The position numbers were made by a program, and so were the translations under genes. Shown one piece after another: positions 37,791 through 51,099 of a DNA stretch of 63,877 bases. The number at the start of each line of letters is the position of its first letter. The first letter of the stretch is position 1. Origin of the DNA: Eledone cirrhosa. Its lineage: Eukaryota. The notes beneath the pieces were generated by a model. The model was not told where the DNA came from, did no database searches, and saw only the letters and a list, made by a program, of their open reading frames with translations. Location of the stretch: NCBI GenBank assembly GCA_964016885.1, contig OZ024749.1, positions 682,124 to 746,000 of the forward strand. The letters run 5' to 3'.

Positions 37791-39373
37791 AGTAATAATA
37801 ATAAAATTGAAGACTAAAATCCAGAGAAGGCTCGATAAGGAAAATATATATCAAATATATAAGAACCGAAGAGCAAATATTTATTAAAATAACAGATTAA
37901 AGTTTAAGCAAAGAATCGCTGCTTTCACCCTTAACGGGATCTTCTGAAACTAACAAAGTCAATCTGTAAACGCAGAACTGGATATTTCAAAAAACGTTGC
38001 AACCGGAGGAAGACAGGAAGACGATACTTTGGTTCGTGGTATCGTTCGCTGGCAAAGAACGGGAAAAAACGAATAATACGTCATTAATAGGAGCGGTGAA
38101 AAACAATTACGCGCAAAGACAGAACCACGTTTATGGTATAAAAGAGGTCGTAGACTAATGTTCTCTTAATGTTCTCGTAGACTAAAATTCTAACTAGGAG
38201 ACCGAATGAATCTCCGCTACAGAGTTAAGAACAAAGTAAATAAATACAATACAGAAGTAATAGGAACAAATAAATACATACACGCAAACAGATACGTACA
38301 TACACAAGCATACGCAAAACCTTACCATAGGTATACAAAACCACGCACATATAAATATGTGTATGTGTGTATGCTTGTGTACAAATAAATAAATAATTAT
38401 ATAAACGTATATAAGTAAATAAATACGTATATAACAAGCGCACACACATACCTACAAATAAATACATGAAGGTTCGGAGACGTAAGTCAACTAAAACAAG
38501 AAGTACACATATACACACACCCACCATACGTACGAACCTGCATACTCACGCAGACACAAAACTCCCATATACACATAACCAAGCCCTAAATACCAGAATA
38601 TGTAAAAATTATACGCCAAAACAGTCAAATATACGTACGAGAAGGTATACATACCTTCACAAAACATACGGGTAATATATACTTACCTATGCAAATAAGT
38701 AAAGGAATAAACAAAACATATACTTAGCTCCCACATCAAGACGTAAATATCCACGTATAGATCGTGCTATCCGTTAGGGTATAACGTAGGGCTGTAATAC
38801 AGGAAAGTTTTGTGCAATTTATGTTTACAAGCCGAAATTGCCTCAGGTTTTTTGTTTAAGATGTGGTCTGTGGCGTAGAGTATTTCCAGGGCCTCAGCGG
38901 CGCAGAGGTCACATGGTCTTTTATTTCCGTTATACGATCTAGCCCTAGCTAGGATCTCCCAGTGTAACTTATATTGGGTGTGGTTGTCTTTTAGACTCCA
39001 GATATAAGCTGAAAGTGACGTCATATTCCTTCTTAGAGGGTAACGAAAAAAATGGGTATGCATGTAAAGACGCTGCTTGAAACTATTGGCGGTTAACCCT
39101 ATGTAGGCCCTACGGGACGTGGGTGTTACAACCTTACATTTGTAGACAATGTTACTAGAGAGGCATTTCCCGGATAGGGGACAATCAGCCCGATTCCTAC
39201 AATTACAGTTAGTACTAACTACAGGGTTGCACGTGTTCCTACGGCTAGGTATTTTAGCTAAATTTGAAGCTGTGATGTTATGTGCAAGGTTAGGAGTCGT
39301 TGAGTAAGAAATTTTAATAGTGTTTCTATTAAAAATTTTACTATAAACTTTAATCTGTTATTTTAATAAATAT
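37791..39373 (-). mobile_element. Hydra-type Penelope-like element, 5'-truncated (GIY-YIG, 3'UTR, pseudo-LTR)
   Basis: IFNRNTIKISYS, NIVYKC..YIGLT, LSAYIWSLKD..CDLC..LNKK..CKH; hammerhead at 37901-37951. Confidence 0.88.
37901..37951 (-). ncRNA. Hammerhead motif with CAGAAGA core
   Basis: Same fold as 34703-34753 with perfect CCC/GGG stem II but U4A. Confidence 0.65.
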
Positions 39374-39375
39374 AT

Positions 39376-39406
<31 letters not shown>

Positions 39407-39552
39407 GGAGAGAGAGAGAGAGAGAGAGAGATGTGTGTTTGTATGTATATATATATATATATATAAAAAGAGAGAGAGATGTATATATATATATATATAT
39501 ATTATGGAATACTGTTGGCTTCTTGCTACAATAATTTCTATACTTTTCATTC

Positions 39553-39591
<39 letters not shown>

Positions 39592-39599
39592 TGTGTGTT

Positions 39600-39660
<61 letters not shown>
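39376..39660. repeat. Compound (TA)/(GA)/(TG) microsatellite block
   Basis: Directly visible; similar blocks at 39965-40160 and 40405-40520. Confidence 0.95.
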
Positions 39661-39666
<6 letters not shown>

Positions 39667-39874
39667 TAAAATAACAGATTAAAGTTTAAGCAAAGAATCG
39701 CTGCTTTCACCCTTGCTCTACGGTTCTTATATATTTGATATATATTTTCCTTATCGAGCCCTCTTTGGATTTTAGTCTTCAATTTTATTATTATTACTAT
39801 ATATATATATGAATAAAGTAATTCCGTCGGAAAGGTCCAGGAAAAATGTAGGTTACAGAGCTCAATAGTTATTT

Positions 39875-39935
39875 TTTCATTCTGATGATTGAAAGCAAAA
39901 TTTGTTTGCTTTTAAGAAACCACTGGTAAATGAAA
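39875..39935 (+). ncRNA. Type I hammerhead ribozyme
   Basis: TTTCATT-CTGATGA-TTGAAAGCAAA/TTTGCTTTTAA-GAAA-CCACTGG-TA-AATGAAA; 7-bp stem I, 11-bp stem II. Confidence 0.88.
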
Positions 39936-39981
39936 TAATTGCCTTATGTTGTTTATTACATAACTATATATATAGAGAGAG

Positions 39982-40050
<69 letters not shown>

Positions 40051-40101
40051 TAAATGAAAGGTATAGAAAACATTGTAGCAAAAAGCCAACAGTATTCCAT
40101 A

Positions 40102-40156
<55 letters not shown>

Positions 40157-40414
40157 TATATTTCTTTATTAGCCACAGGGGCACAAAAGAAGGGGACAAA
40201 TACAAAGGGGGAAGTTTACATACAATAAAAACGTGTAAAATGTTATCACAGATGGAATTTAAAAAGTTAGTCGATTTTCCCCAATAGAGGGAGACAGTTT
40301 ATATGGGTAACACATACCCCCGAAAAAAAATGTGCAACCCTCATCTCCAGGAGTACGAAGAGTTTGTACTCCCTTCCTCTCCTCCTCCTTTTCCTCAACC
40401 TACAGGAGAGAGAG

Positions 40415-40522
<108 letters not shown>

Positions 40523-40629
40523 GGGCCTCGTTTACCTTTAAAATGTGAGGGGGACAAACCAACATTTGTTGATTCTTAAAGAACCATAAATTGCTTATGG
40601 TGCCTTTCCCGGACCCTATCACAAAAGTA

Positions 40630-40973
40630 AAATTTGACACGAGAGTGCAAGAAAAGGAGAAGGAGAAAATTAACCGATACCAGGACTTAAAGTGGGAGGT
40701 AAAAAGGATTTGGAACTGCCATGAAGTCAGAGTCGTCCCGATTGTCATAGGCGCACTAGGTACTATCTCAAAAAGTTTCCAAGGATGGTTAAAGGAAATT
40801 AGTCCAGCCCCGCTTTTTGGAACACTTCAAAAGGCATACTTGCTGGGAACAGCAAGAACCCTCCGATACATCCTGAATATCTGAGGCTGCAGGTAGCGAC
40901 TTGATGTTCATTTCAACAAACTTTCCAGTTAAATAACATCAACGACTGAGACTCAAAGAATAATAATAATAAT
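40630..40973 (+). mobile_element. Dong/R4-clade retrotransposon 3' fragment
   Basis: KEKEKINRYQDL..IW..VVPIVIGALG..LQKAYLLGTA; (AAT)n tail. Confidence 0.88.
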
Positions 40974-41014
40974 TGTTTCTACTTTTGGCACAAGGCCAGC
41001 AATTACCCAGTAAT

Positions 41015-41185
41015 TGGCACCTCAAGGCCGTTACAATACCAGTGATTGTAGGAGCGCTAGGAATGATCAAGAAAGGAACAGAGTAGTATTTGAGAATGCT
41101 CCCTGGTTTACCATCTCTGTAAGAGATGTAAACTATTGTTTTGACTGGTACTGCTCACGTATTGAGAAGAGCACTATCTCTGTAA
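41015..41185 (+). mobile_element. Second Dong/R4-clade C-terminal fragment, with stops
   Basis: WHLKAVTIPVIVGALGMI..IVLTGTAHVLRRAL. Confidence 0.8.
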
Positions 41186-41296
41186 GATTGATATCCCTCC
41201 TTGTATATATGTGTGGATGTGTGTATGTGTGCATGGATATCTTATTTATATGTATGTGCATGTATTTGTATATGTGTGTGTGTATATATATATACA

Positions 41297-42177
41297 TATA
41301 TTTGTTCGCAATTTTCAACTGCTAATTTTATGCAAATTTTTTTTACTTCCGTTGTCACTCTTGTCTTCATAAAAACAGTGACTATATTTCCATTATTTAT
41401 TTTCAGAATAATTGATTATGAATAATTTTGAACCTCCAACTTTGTGGAAGAGACACGGAGTTCTTCTTGAAATCCGCACCAGGAGGACAAATAAGACCAG
41501 AAGATCAACTCCCAGAACAACAGGTGGCTCGCTGTCTCATCCAAAGACGTGCCCAGAGTCATGCAGACAAAGTTTCCAGAGACAAAATTGGTCTTAGGTG
41601 TCGTCAGCAGTCAAGGTGACGTCATGCCACCTCACTTCTTCCCTGAGGCCCTCAAGCTGAACACCAATGGCTACATCCGCGTTCTGAGTGAGGTAGTAAA
41701 GCCCTGGATCGACCAGGTAGCTGCAGGTAGGCCATACGTGTGGCAGCAAGACTCAGCACCCTGCCATACCAGCCGAAAGACCCGAGCCTGGCTGTCAGAG
41801 AACTTTGTCGACCACACTTCACCCGACATCTGGCCTCCCAGCTCGCCTGACTGCAACCCCCTCGACTTCTTTGTGTGGGGTGCAGTGGAACGAGACACCA
41901 ACAGATCTAGCTGCAATACGAAAGACGATCTGAAAGCCAGGATCACAAGTGCCTTTAGGGGCCAAAGTCGAGGCACAGTGACAAAGGCCTGTAGCCGGTT
42001 CCGAGGCTGCCTTGAGGCCATCATCAAAGCCAATGGCGGGTTTATCAAGTGAGATCGAAAGAACAAGTCATGAAGACAAACTGACCCAAGTTTGATAAAT
42101 AAATCTTAAAAAATAAAACCACTGTGTTATTTTTTCCTAGACAGTAATCTTGCAAACAAATATCGTCCGCACCCTGT
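41297..42177 (+). mobile_element. Internally deleted DD37D (maT) Tc1/mariner element
   Basis: QQDSAPCH..WPPSSPDCNPLD with 37 aa between D2 and D3; right TIR TTGCAAACAAATATCGTCCGCACCCTG-TA and partial left TIR ATATTTGTTCGCAA. Confidence 0.9.
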
Positions 42178-42360
42178 ATATGTGTGTGTTTGTGTGTGTG
42201 TGTGTTTGTGTATGTGTGTGTGTATGAATGTGTATATATATATATATATGGGTGTGTGAATGTGTATATGTATATGTGTGTATCTATGTGTGTGTGTGTA
42301 CGTATGTCCGTATATATATGTGTATATATATGTATGTGTGTATGTATATCTATCTATATA

Positions 42361-42850
42361 TATTGTTATATTTGGGGAGGGTCATTTTGTTATAATATTG
42401 CCAGAAACAATAATAAAACACACTCACTGTTTGGTTTGGGTTGGTTTTCGCTTCTGTATATTTTATATTTCTATAATTAATTCAGCTGGTAATCAATATT
42501 GATCATTGATTGACCAGTAGTTAAAAAGATAAATATAAATATACTCTCTCAAAGAGTTTTTTCATTGTTGTAATGTTTTCTTATTCTATTTTATTTATTG
42601 TTGTCTCTGTTTGTATATTTTCTGTTTGGTGTGTGTTTATGTCAGTCTGTGTGTGTTTGTAATCTATCTTTGCTCACTAGTGTGTGTTTATGTGTGGGTG
42701 TTGTTATTTTACCTGTGTATATTTATTTATATTTATCTTAGATCACTATTGTATGTTTGTGTATGGTTGTTGTTGTTGTTGTTCCATTCATGTTTTCTGT
42801 TCAGCTTTGGTTTTCTTAGTTTTATCTCAGTTGCTTCCCTAATTTGTTGG
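42361..42850 (-). mobile_element. Naiad-type PLE 3' fragment
   Basis: QIREATEIKLRKPKLNRKHE C-terminus, 3'UTR and tail matching 50927-51037. Confidence 0.8.
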
Positions 42851-43790
42851 ATCTATCATTCCTGGTCTAGAGGTCTCCACCCAAACAGATCAAGGTCTTT
42901 ATAGCGACGTGGATCATTTCTATTTCATTGCGAGTTAGATTGGCATTACACTTACTGAATACAAGGGCCTTGTTTAGAACTACAGGTGAGCTTGAACAGT
43001 AGCAGCTAACAATATCCAGTTGAATAAAGCTAGTCCTATTTTACCAACATAATAGTACAAACCAATGTATTACTTCATTAGTACAAGACTACAGTTGCAA
43101 TTTTGTTCTTTTCCTAAGCATTAGCAGAATCCTAATCTAGAATGTTTTTGCTAATTAATCCTATGTCAGATTTAGAAGGAGCTATGAATCTAACCAGGAG
43201 GTCAGATTCTTAGTTTGATTTGTAGTCCTTAATGGTAATCCTGGGTTGGTACGGTTCTGTCTCATCTTCGATTCCGAGATACTATTCCATTTGCCTGCAT
43301 ATTGATGGCCTTAAAGTTTAATCCAGAGGTTTTCTTACAGTTCTCTGAGAATTAGATTGTCATGCATTTTGATGGCCATGCTGTATAAGTTGTTGGTTTT
43401 GTCAGCATGGACAAGTATTCTGTCCAACTCTCTCAGTCTGGTGATCTAGGAGGGGGTAGTGGTACTCGACTTCAGTAACCGTAGTAGTAGTGGCAGTAGT
43501 GATAATAACCATTACTTTATTGTTGGTTTTGTCAGCAGTTGTACTAGTGAAGTAATAGTACATAACTAAATGATAAAAGTTCATAATATCTAAGATTTGA
43601 ATATTACATCCTTTAGATGTTCACCACCATGAAGAGAACATTTGCAGTCTCTCTACCAATCCAAAGCAGTGTGGAGTAGCATATCAACTGCAGTCTCTTT
43701 ATGGATGCTTTGTTTTAGATCCTCAGCTGTGTAGCACTTTCCTATGTACACCCGATCCTTATGGTAACAAACCGTAAAAGTCTTTCTTTG
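42850..43790 (-). mobile_element. Decayed Hydra-type PLE reverse transcriptase N-terminal half
   Basis: ADKTNNLY, TIKDYK..RFIAPSKSDIGLISKNILD, VIHWF, FIQLDIVS motifs with stops. Confidence 0.75.
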
Positions 43791-43827
43791 CACCTTATAT
43801 AGTGGAACTAATTGTTGCACTAATTGT

Positions 43828-43905
43828 GCCTTATATGGACACAGGTGCAGGTTGCCTTATATGGACACAAGGGCAGGTTGCCTTATATGGACACAGGTGC
43901 AGGTT
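43828..43905. repeat. 26-bp tandem repeat x3
   Basis: TGCCTTATATGGACACAGGTGCAGGT. Confidence 0.9.
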
Positions 43906-44019
43906 TTCTTGTGAGGACAGATATGTAGAACGTTTAACTGTTGAACTAATTGATGAGTAAAATTCATAGGACTTTGTTCAGTGGTGTTCACCACATGTTA
44001 ACAGTTCTCTGCATTATGT

Positions 44020-45175
44020 GAGGCCTTAAAGTCAACCTGACAAAGACTAAGGTCCTTGTAAGTAGAAGAGAATACAGAACCAAGATCCCCTCAGGGAAAT
44101 GGCCTTGTTCAGTGTGTAGGAAAGGTGTTGGTAGAAACTCCATCCTCTGCCCCAAATGCTAACTGTGAGTACACAAGAGATGTAGTGGGGTCTCAGGAAG
44201 TTTAGTGAAGAATATAGGCTTTACATGAAGCAGTTGCACTGGAACAGTAAACAGCAAACGAATGCAGGAAACAAATGCTACCAAATTCTGGGAGGGCTCT
44301 GTCGAAACAGTAGACAGCTTCTGCTACATAGGTGACTGAATTAGCAGCGGCAGTGGGTGTTCTGAGAATACAGTAGCCAGAGTAAAAACAGGATGGAGGA
44401 AGCTCATGGAGCTACTACCACTACTGGCTACAAAAGCTTTCCCCTCAGAATGAAAAGCAGACTATATGATGCGTGTGTACGAACAGCAATGTTACATGGT
44501 AGTGAGACCTGGGTGCTGTGTGTAGAAGACTTGCGTAGGCCGGAAAGAAATGAAGCCTGCATGCTCCAATGGTTGTGTAATAGTAATATATGAGAACGGC
44601 GAAGCATAAATGAACTGAGAGAGAAACTAGGCATAAGAGGAATCAAATGCAGTAGGCAGGAGAAGAGATTATGTTGGTATGGACATGTGATGCGTATAAA
44701 GGCTGACAGATGCATAAAAAAATATAGAGCGTTCAAAGTCGATGGAAGCCTTGGAGTGGGGAGACTCGGGAAGACCTGGGATGAGGTGATAAAAGCCAAC
44801 CTTGCCCAATTGCACCTCTCAAAGGCAACAACACATGACCGGGATCTCTGACAATACACAGTAATGCAGAAGACTCAACTTCCCACGAGCACAAGCTGAA
44901 GCATATATACAGTATGCCCCACCCCAACCCACCATCCCATCCTGTAAAGCCCCCCAGCCCACTCTGTAAAGTGGTCGTGTAGGTGTCGCAACAAAAAGCA
45001 CCCAGTCCACACTGCAAATTGAGGTTGATGTTGGGAAGGCATCCAGCTGCAGAAACTAAGCCAGAACCAGACCAGTATGAACATGGTCACCTGACCTAGG
45101 ATTGTCCACGACAGGACAATCCCGCCTAACCCATGCTAGCGTGGAAAATGGACGTAAAGATAGAGGTGATGTTGA
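44020..45175 (+). mobile_element. RTE-type LINE 3' part with Cys-rich insert and 3'UTR
   Basis: GLKVNLTKTK, WPCSVCRKGVG..C..C..HKRC, LHGSETW, GRLGKTW. Confidence 0.88.
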
Positions 45176-45707
45176 TCATCATCATCATCTTCATTTAACG
45201 TCCATCTTCCACGCTTGCATGGGTTAGACAGGAGTTGCCCACTTGAGGCAAGGTAGGTTGGGTGACCGTGTCTCGCTCATATAGGACTATCTGGCAGATT
45301 TTCTACGGTTGGATGCCCTTCCTAACACCAACCACATTTACAGTGTGGAACTGGGAACTTTTTACTGTGTTACCTACAGGGGCCACATTACAGCGTGGAC
45401 TGTGTGTTTTTTTTGTTTTTTTTTTATATGTGCATATATACACAAATATGTATATATATGTATATATAGACTATGTGTGTATATGTGTATATAACATCCA
45501 GCCCACACTGTAAAGTGGTCATGCAGGTGTCATGACAAAAAGCACCCAGTACTCACAGTAAATGTGGTTGGCATTAGGAAGGGCATCCAGCTGTAGAAAA
45601 CCTGCCAGAAACAGTCCTATATGAGCGAGACACGGTCACTTGACCCAACTTGCCTCTAAATGGGACAAACCCTAGCATGGAAGAGAGACGTTAATCGACG
45701 ATGATGA
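45176..45707. mobile_element. Two RTE-3'UTR/SINE-like repeats in opposite orientations
   Basis: 45176-45410 (-) and 45500-45707 (+). Confidence 0.75.
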
Positions 45708-45999
45708 CCTGGGGACTTTTTCTTGTGGGCATTGCTTGTCTCACAGAAGTTTATAACACCACGTGGGATCACCTTTTGGTATGGTACCTGGTACTCTGCT
45801 AAGTACTGAGCTGCAACAATGAAGAGTTGACTGGTGATGCTTCCAATATATATTCAATTTCTGTTGGAGTCAACATTATCAGGGTCTACTATCGGCAAAG
45901 GAGAAAATGGATACTTGTTAAAAATATATCAAAATTAACTCCACAGCATATACATTAAAATACACAACATTTTAATTGCATACAATTAACCATGTTCTT

Positions 46000-47900
46000 G
46001 AAAATTAACAATAAAATGTGGCCCATCATTTATCACCTCCTCCCAAGTCTTCCTAAGTCTACTGTGAATCAGTTACTGTGTACAATAAAGCCAATGACTT
46101 TAAGGAATACTTCAACAGCATAAAGTATTTTATCCAGCAGAGCCATCCTGATAACATACTAATGATGAGTGACTTCAACCTTTACAAACAGCTTAATAGC
46201 AAACATTTCCACCTCAACCTCTGACATGGCAGCTGTAGAGTCACTCTTCAACTTCATGGATAAGTTTTCCTGTCCCAACTTGTGTTCACAACAAGATGTC
46301 ATAAACACATTTTGGACCTAGTGTTTAATAAACACACACATACCATTCACAATACTACAGTGGAAAATAACCCTCCTCTCAGACCATGACATGGTGGTCT
46401 GTAATCTGAAATTCCACCAGCCAAAAGTTAAACCCAATGACCTCTCTCCAGCCCACCCATTTCATAACATAGATCTTCATAATGCAAACTGGGATGCAAT
46501 CATTTATGATCTTTCACATATCTATTGGTCATACATACCCACATTCATATCTCCACCAACATCAAAACATCTTGGCAGATATTTGCAGACACCATTACAA
46601 ATATATGTGCATAACATACCCCAACAAGATTTGTGAAAAGAACTAAGTTCAGAATTGCCAGGAATAGAACTATCATTAGAAAAATAAAAAGAATTCTTCT
46701 CCTCCTCCGAGTTACACACTTTATTGAGTAACTTTACTCCAAAGACCCTTCGAAGGAGTACTATTTCAGCCTTTTGTATTCACAATCGTATTCTTTTGGT
46801 CATTACCCAAGATTCATTACCATAGGGAAGGGTTAGCATGAATACCAAATTAACAAAAACAATCAACCAACTAAAATATTGCCAGCAGCAACACACCAAT
46901 TCGACTGCTATGGCATTGTATGAATCAAAAAAGCATAATCTTTAAAGTAACATGAAGACCAAAGAACAGCTGAGGAGTACTGGGCCATTGAGAAAACTAA
47001 AATCAATCCCAAAGTGTTCTTTTCATTTGTCAAAAAAGAAAAGATTGCTGTCGCCACTGTTGGTCCTCAGATTGATGAAAATAACACCTTCCATGATGAT
47101 GTTAAAACCATAACTGAGACATTGAAGAAACAATATTGCTCTGTTTTCAGCAATCCTATGTTTCAGTCAACCCGTAACACACTTTATTTGACATATTGTT
47201 TGCTACCCCTGATATATTAGCGACAATAAACAAAATCAAACACAATTCAACAGTAGGCCCCAATAGGTTCCCTGCTAGTGTCCTGAAGAATTGCCAACAT
47301 CAGCTTGTATCGCTTTCTGCTAATCTTTGGTGAAACTCACTGGATGCAGGTTATATCCCTGAACATTTCCTGTCCTAGTCTTCAAAAAGGGAAACAAGTC
47401 TCTTGAGTAAGTGGTGAGACCATGAATAACTCACTTTCTTGAAAGGAACAACCTGCTGAACTCCAACCAGCATGGATTCTGTGATGGCAGGGACTAATTG
47501 ACACTGCTTCTGCATCAGTTTCATGGCACCAACATGGATATTATTTACCTTGATTTCAGGCCTTTGACAGGGTTGATCACAACAACCTGTTGAAGAAACT
47601 ATCCAACATTGGAGTCTGTGGAAAGCGACTGTAGTGGATTAAATGTTTTCCAGACAAACAGATCCCAGCATGTTGTGGTCAAAGGAATACGATCAAGTTC
47701 AGCCAAAGTCAGGAAATGTGTTTGGCCCACTTCTTTTTATTATTTACATAAATGATATTATAGACGTCATCAAGCACAGCAACAATACTGAAATACATCA
47801 AGACAGAAACAGATCCCATGATATTTAAAAGTTTCCTGGACAAATTCTCTCAAGAAATCCTGACTAAACTTGGATATGTTCCAGAAAACAACTCTATTAG
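46000..47900 (+). mobile_element. Decayed CR1-group LINE (APE remnant and RT)
   Basis: ILDLVF..LSDH, NQHGF, DIIYLDF..FDRVDH, GPLLFIIYINDI. Confidence 0.8.
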
Positions 47901-48272
47901 AGTGGGCCACAGTGTTCGAAACATGATTAGGTTGTGAACCCATGATCTGAAAGACTTTATCAGGTGGTGCTATTGTGTTAGACATGGCCTGGGCCAACAC
48001 TGGCTGAAACCTATCAAAGTTATATAAATATACACACACGCATATATATATATGTGAATGTAGATAAGGTTTTGTTTATGTATATCAGGAATGAATGCTT
48101 AAATAAGAAAGCTGCTTACCAGAGATTTTGACTCGACAGTATCCTTTGAATCATATAACATTAATATCCAAGCAGGGGAATATGGTATATAGGCAGAAAC
48201 ATATGTTAAAACAAATAAATTCCTAATCTCCTTCACGCCGACGTTTATATTTTTCTTGGTGCAATACTTGCT

Positions 48273-48389
<117 letters not shown>

Positions 48390-48405
48390 TAAAATGACAG
48401 ATTAA

Positions 48406-48456
48406 AGTTTAAGCAAAGAATCGCTGCTTTCACCCTTAACGGGATCTTCTGAAACT
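48406..48456 (-). ncRNA. Hammerhead motif with CAGAAGA core
   Basis: Matches 37901-37951; lies in pseudo-LTR fragment 48385-48590. Confidence 0.65.
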
Positions 48457-48677
48457 AAAAAAATCAATCTGTGAACGCAGAAGTAAATATTTCAAAAAAC
48501 GTTGCAACCGAAGGAAAACAGGAAGACTATACCTTGATTCGTGAAGATGTCCCCTGGCAATGAACGGAAAATAGTGAAGATAATACGTTGTTATGTGGAT
48601 GAAAGAGAAAACTTACAAAAATATCCTGACAAATTTGTTTTGCAAGGTTTTTGATATGAAATCGTGTGTCGAAACAA

Positions 48678-51037
48678 ATATTGTTATACTTGGGGAGGGT
48701 CATATTGTTGTAATATTGCCAGAAATAATAACAGAACACACTCACTGTTTGGTTGGTTTTCGCTTCTGTATCTTTCATATCTCCATAGCCATGATGACAA
48801 TAATAGTAACATACACAACTACAATGGTAGGTTTAATGACAACCACTTATAGAACCTGTTCTTCAACCCAGCTGACAAAACATACAAGATGAACAAAATT
48901 TATCCCACTAAATTACCTTTTAATAAAAGAGTTTGTATACCACAACAAATAGATGATGAGACAGAGGCACAGTTTACCACAGCTAGAAATAAACTTAGAC
49001 AGGTAGTAGATCAATATACTAAGAGACAAAGCAGACCAGAAATCCAACAACTTGGAAGTAAACCTGTAGAAGGCTTAGTTAGCCTCAAGCAGTGCACAAG
49101 GGATGGTGAGGTAGTATGTCTACCCACAGATAAGTCTGGTATGATGTCAATAGACAGCATGCCGAACTATATCAAGGCTATGCAACCCCACATCACCAAC
49201 ATGAACGAAACTACACAACAAACACATGAGGGGAGAGAGAAGATCCTCAACGCTCACATGATGATGTGGACCGACATCCTAAAGCCAAGCAGACACACTG
49301 CCAACAACTTCCAGGCATCTAACAATGACATACCACCCTTGTATGGGCTCTGCAAAGACCATAAGACAGTCGATGACCCGACGACAGGACCACCGACAAG
49401 ACCTGTATGCGGAGCCAATATCGCTAGCAACTACAGGATCTCCTACTTCCTCTCTATGGTTATACGCCCCATAATTAAGATGTCCCCAGATGTATGTGAC
49501 AACAGAGAAGACCTCCTCAGCAGAATCAATGAATGCAATAGCAAAAAAAAACTTATCTAACTGCATAATAGGCAGTATGGACGTGGTATCACTATACCCA
49601 TCCATTAACATTGATTTTGCTGACACGGAACTCTGGATTAACACTATAGATGAGTGGGCCCAAATTCTCCAATCACACTACGCTAAACCCATGGCCTCCA
49701 AATACCTGATACTCAAAAACTCAGCAATGTCCAGTAGTGCTAAGTTTAATATTCTGATTGCAGACTTGGTAAGAGTGATAAGGAATGTGCCCTGCATGGG
49801 CGACCCAACTGAAATGGAAAGACACGTACAACACTTCATCAATCGCATGCAGTTCTCTGGCTACAACCAAAGAAGCCACGGAGAAATATAAGACCCTCAT
49901 AGAAATGGGCATGAAAGGAATCTGCCCATTATACAGGAGCAAATCATGGAATAGCTTAGATAGGACTAAACATAAGATAGGGAAAGCCACCTCATGGTAC
50001 GACAACCAGAGATACCAGAGTGTCATGTTCGTGGACGCTATCCCTGGAGGGAAATTAGCTAACCAGTGTAGAAAGGCCCTGAGAAAGACCCACTTAAAGA
50101 TTAAAGTGGTAGAAAAGCCAGGAACTACCATAACATCCCTGATCAGCAAAACATACCCCTTTAAGAAAACCACTGTACTAATGAGAAATGTGTTATATGT
50201 AAAATGACCCCCCCCCCCCCCCCCAGATAAATTGTAAAACTAGAAATGTAGTCTATAGCATAAGATGTACAGAGGGTACCTGCAGAAACATGACAACGAC
50301 ATACATAGGTGAGACAGTTCGAAGCATAGGAGAAAGAGTAGACCAACACTGTGGGGGAACTAAAATGACAAAAAACGGTTTGGTACTATATGAACATGCC
50401 AGACAAAGACATGACGGTAACATAGACAACATAGAAATTAGAATAATATCTAAGCATAGAAATGACTCAACAGGTAGGCAAATCAGAGAAGCAACTGAGA
50501 TAGAACTAAGAAGACCAAAGTTAAACAGAAGAAATGAACGGAAGAAGAACAACAACTATACTCAAACAAACAATCCTGACTTAAGGGAAATATAAATAAA
50601 TAAATATATATACACAAGTACAATAACAACAAACAGACATGAACACACACTAGTGAACAAAGATAGAATACAAAAACAAAACCACATACTCTCAAACGCG
50701 AACACACACACCAAACATTATACACACACGCGCATGCGCAGAGACAGGGACAAGAATATATAAATAAATAAAATAAAAATGGCGTAGACATTACAATAGG
50801 AGGGAACATAATAGTACCACTGATGATGTTGCAGATGTGCAACGAAAGACTATATATATATATATTTATATCTGTATTGTTAACCGTTGGTCAATCAATG
50901 ATAAACATTAATTGTCAAATAAATTAACTATGGAGATATAAAAGATACAGAAGCGAAAACCAACCAAACAGTGAGTGTGTTCTGTTATTATTTCTGGCAA
51001 TATTACAACAATATGACCCTCCCCAAGTATAACAATA
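48678..51037 (+). mobile_element. Naiad-type Penelope-like element, 5'-truncated and internally deleted, with inverted tail at the 5' end
   Basis: PTDKSG, LYGLCKDHK, RPVCGA, GSMDVVSLYPSI, GIY-YIG; 48678-48790 is the reverse complement of 50927-51037. Confidence 0.93.
50816..50852 (+). ncRNA. Hammerhead motif interrupted by (TA)n at the cleavage site
   Basis: ACCA-CTGATGA-T-GTTGCA/TGCAAC-GAAA-GAC-TA(TA)n. Confidence 0.6.
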
Positions 51038-51099
51038 TATATATAAATGTATATATATATATATAAATTACAATCAAATGGTGTTTAAAACGTTTAATA

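Noticed and set aside
50150-50930. Selenoprotein-type Naiad (in-frame UGA plus SECIS)
   Set aside because: Conserved Cys positions are ordinary Cys codons and no convincing SECIS hairpin was seen
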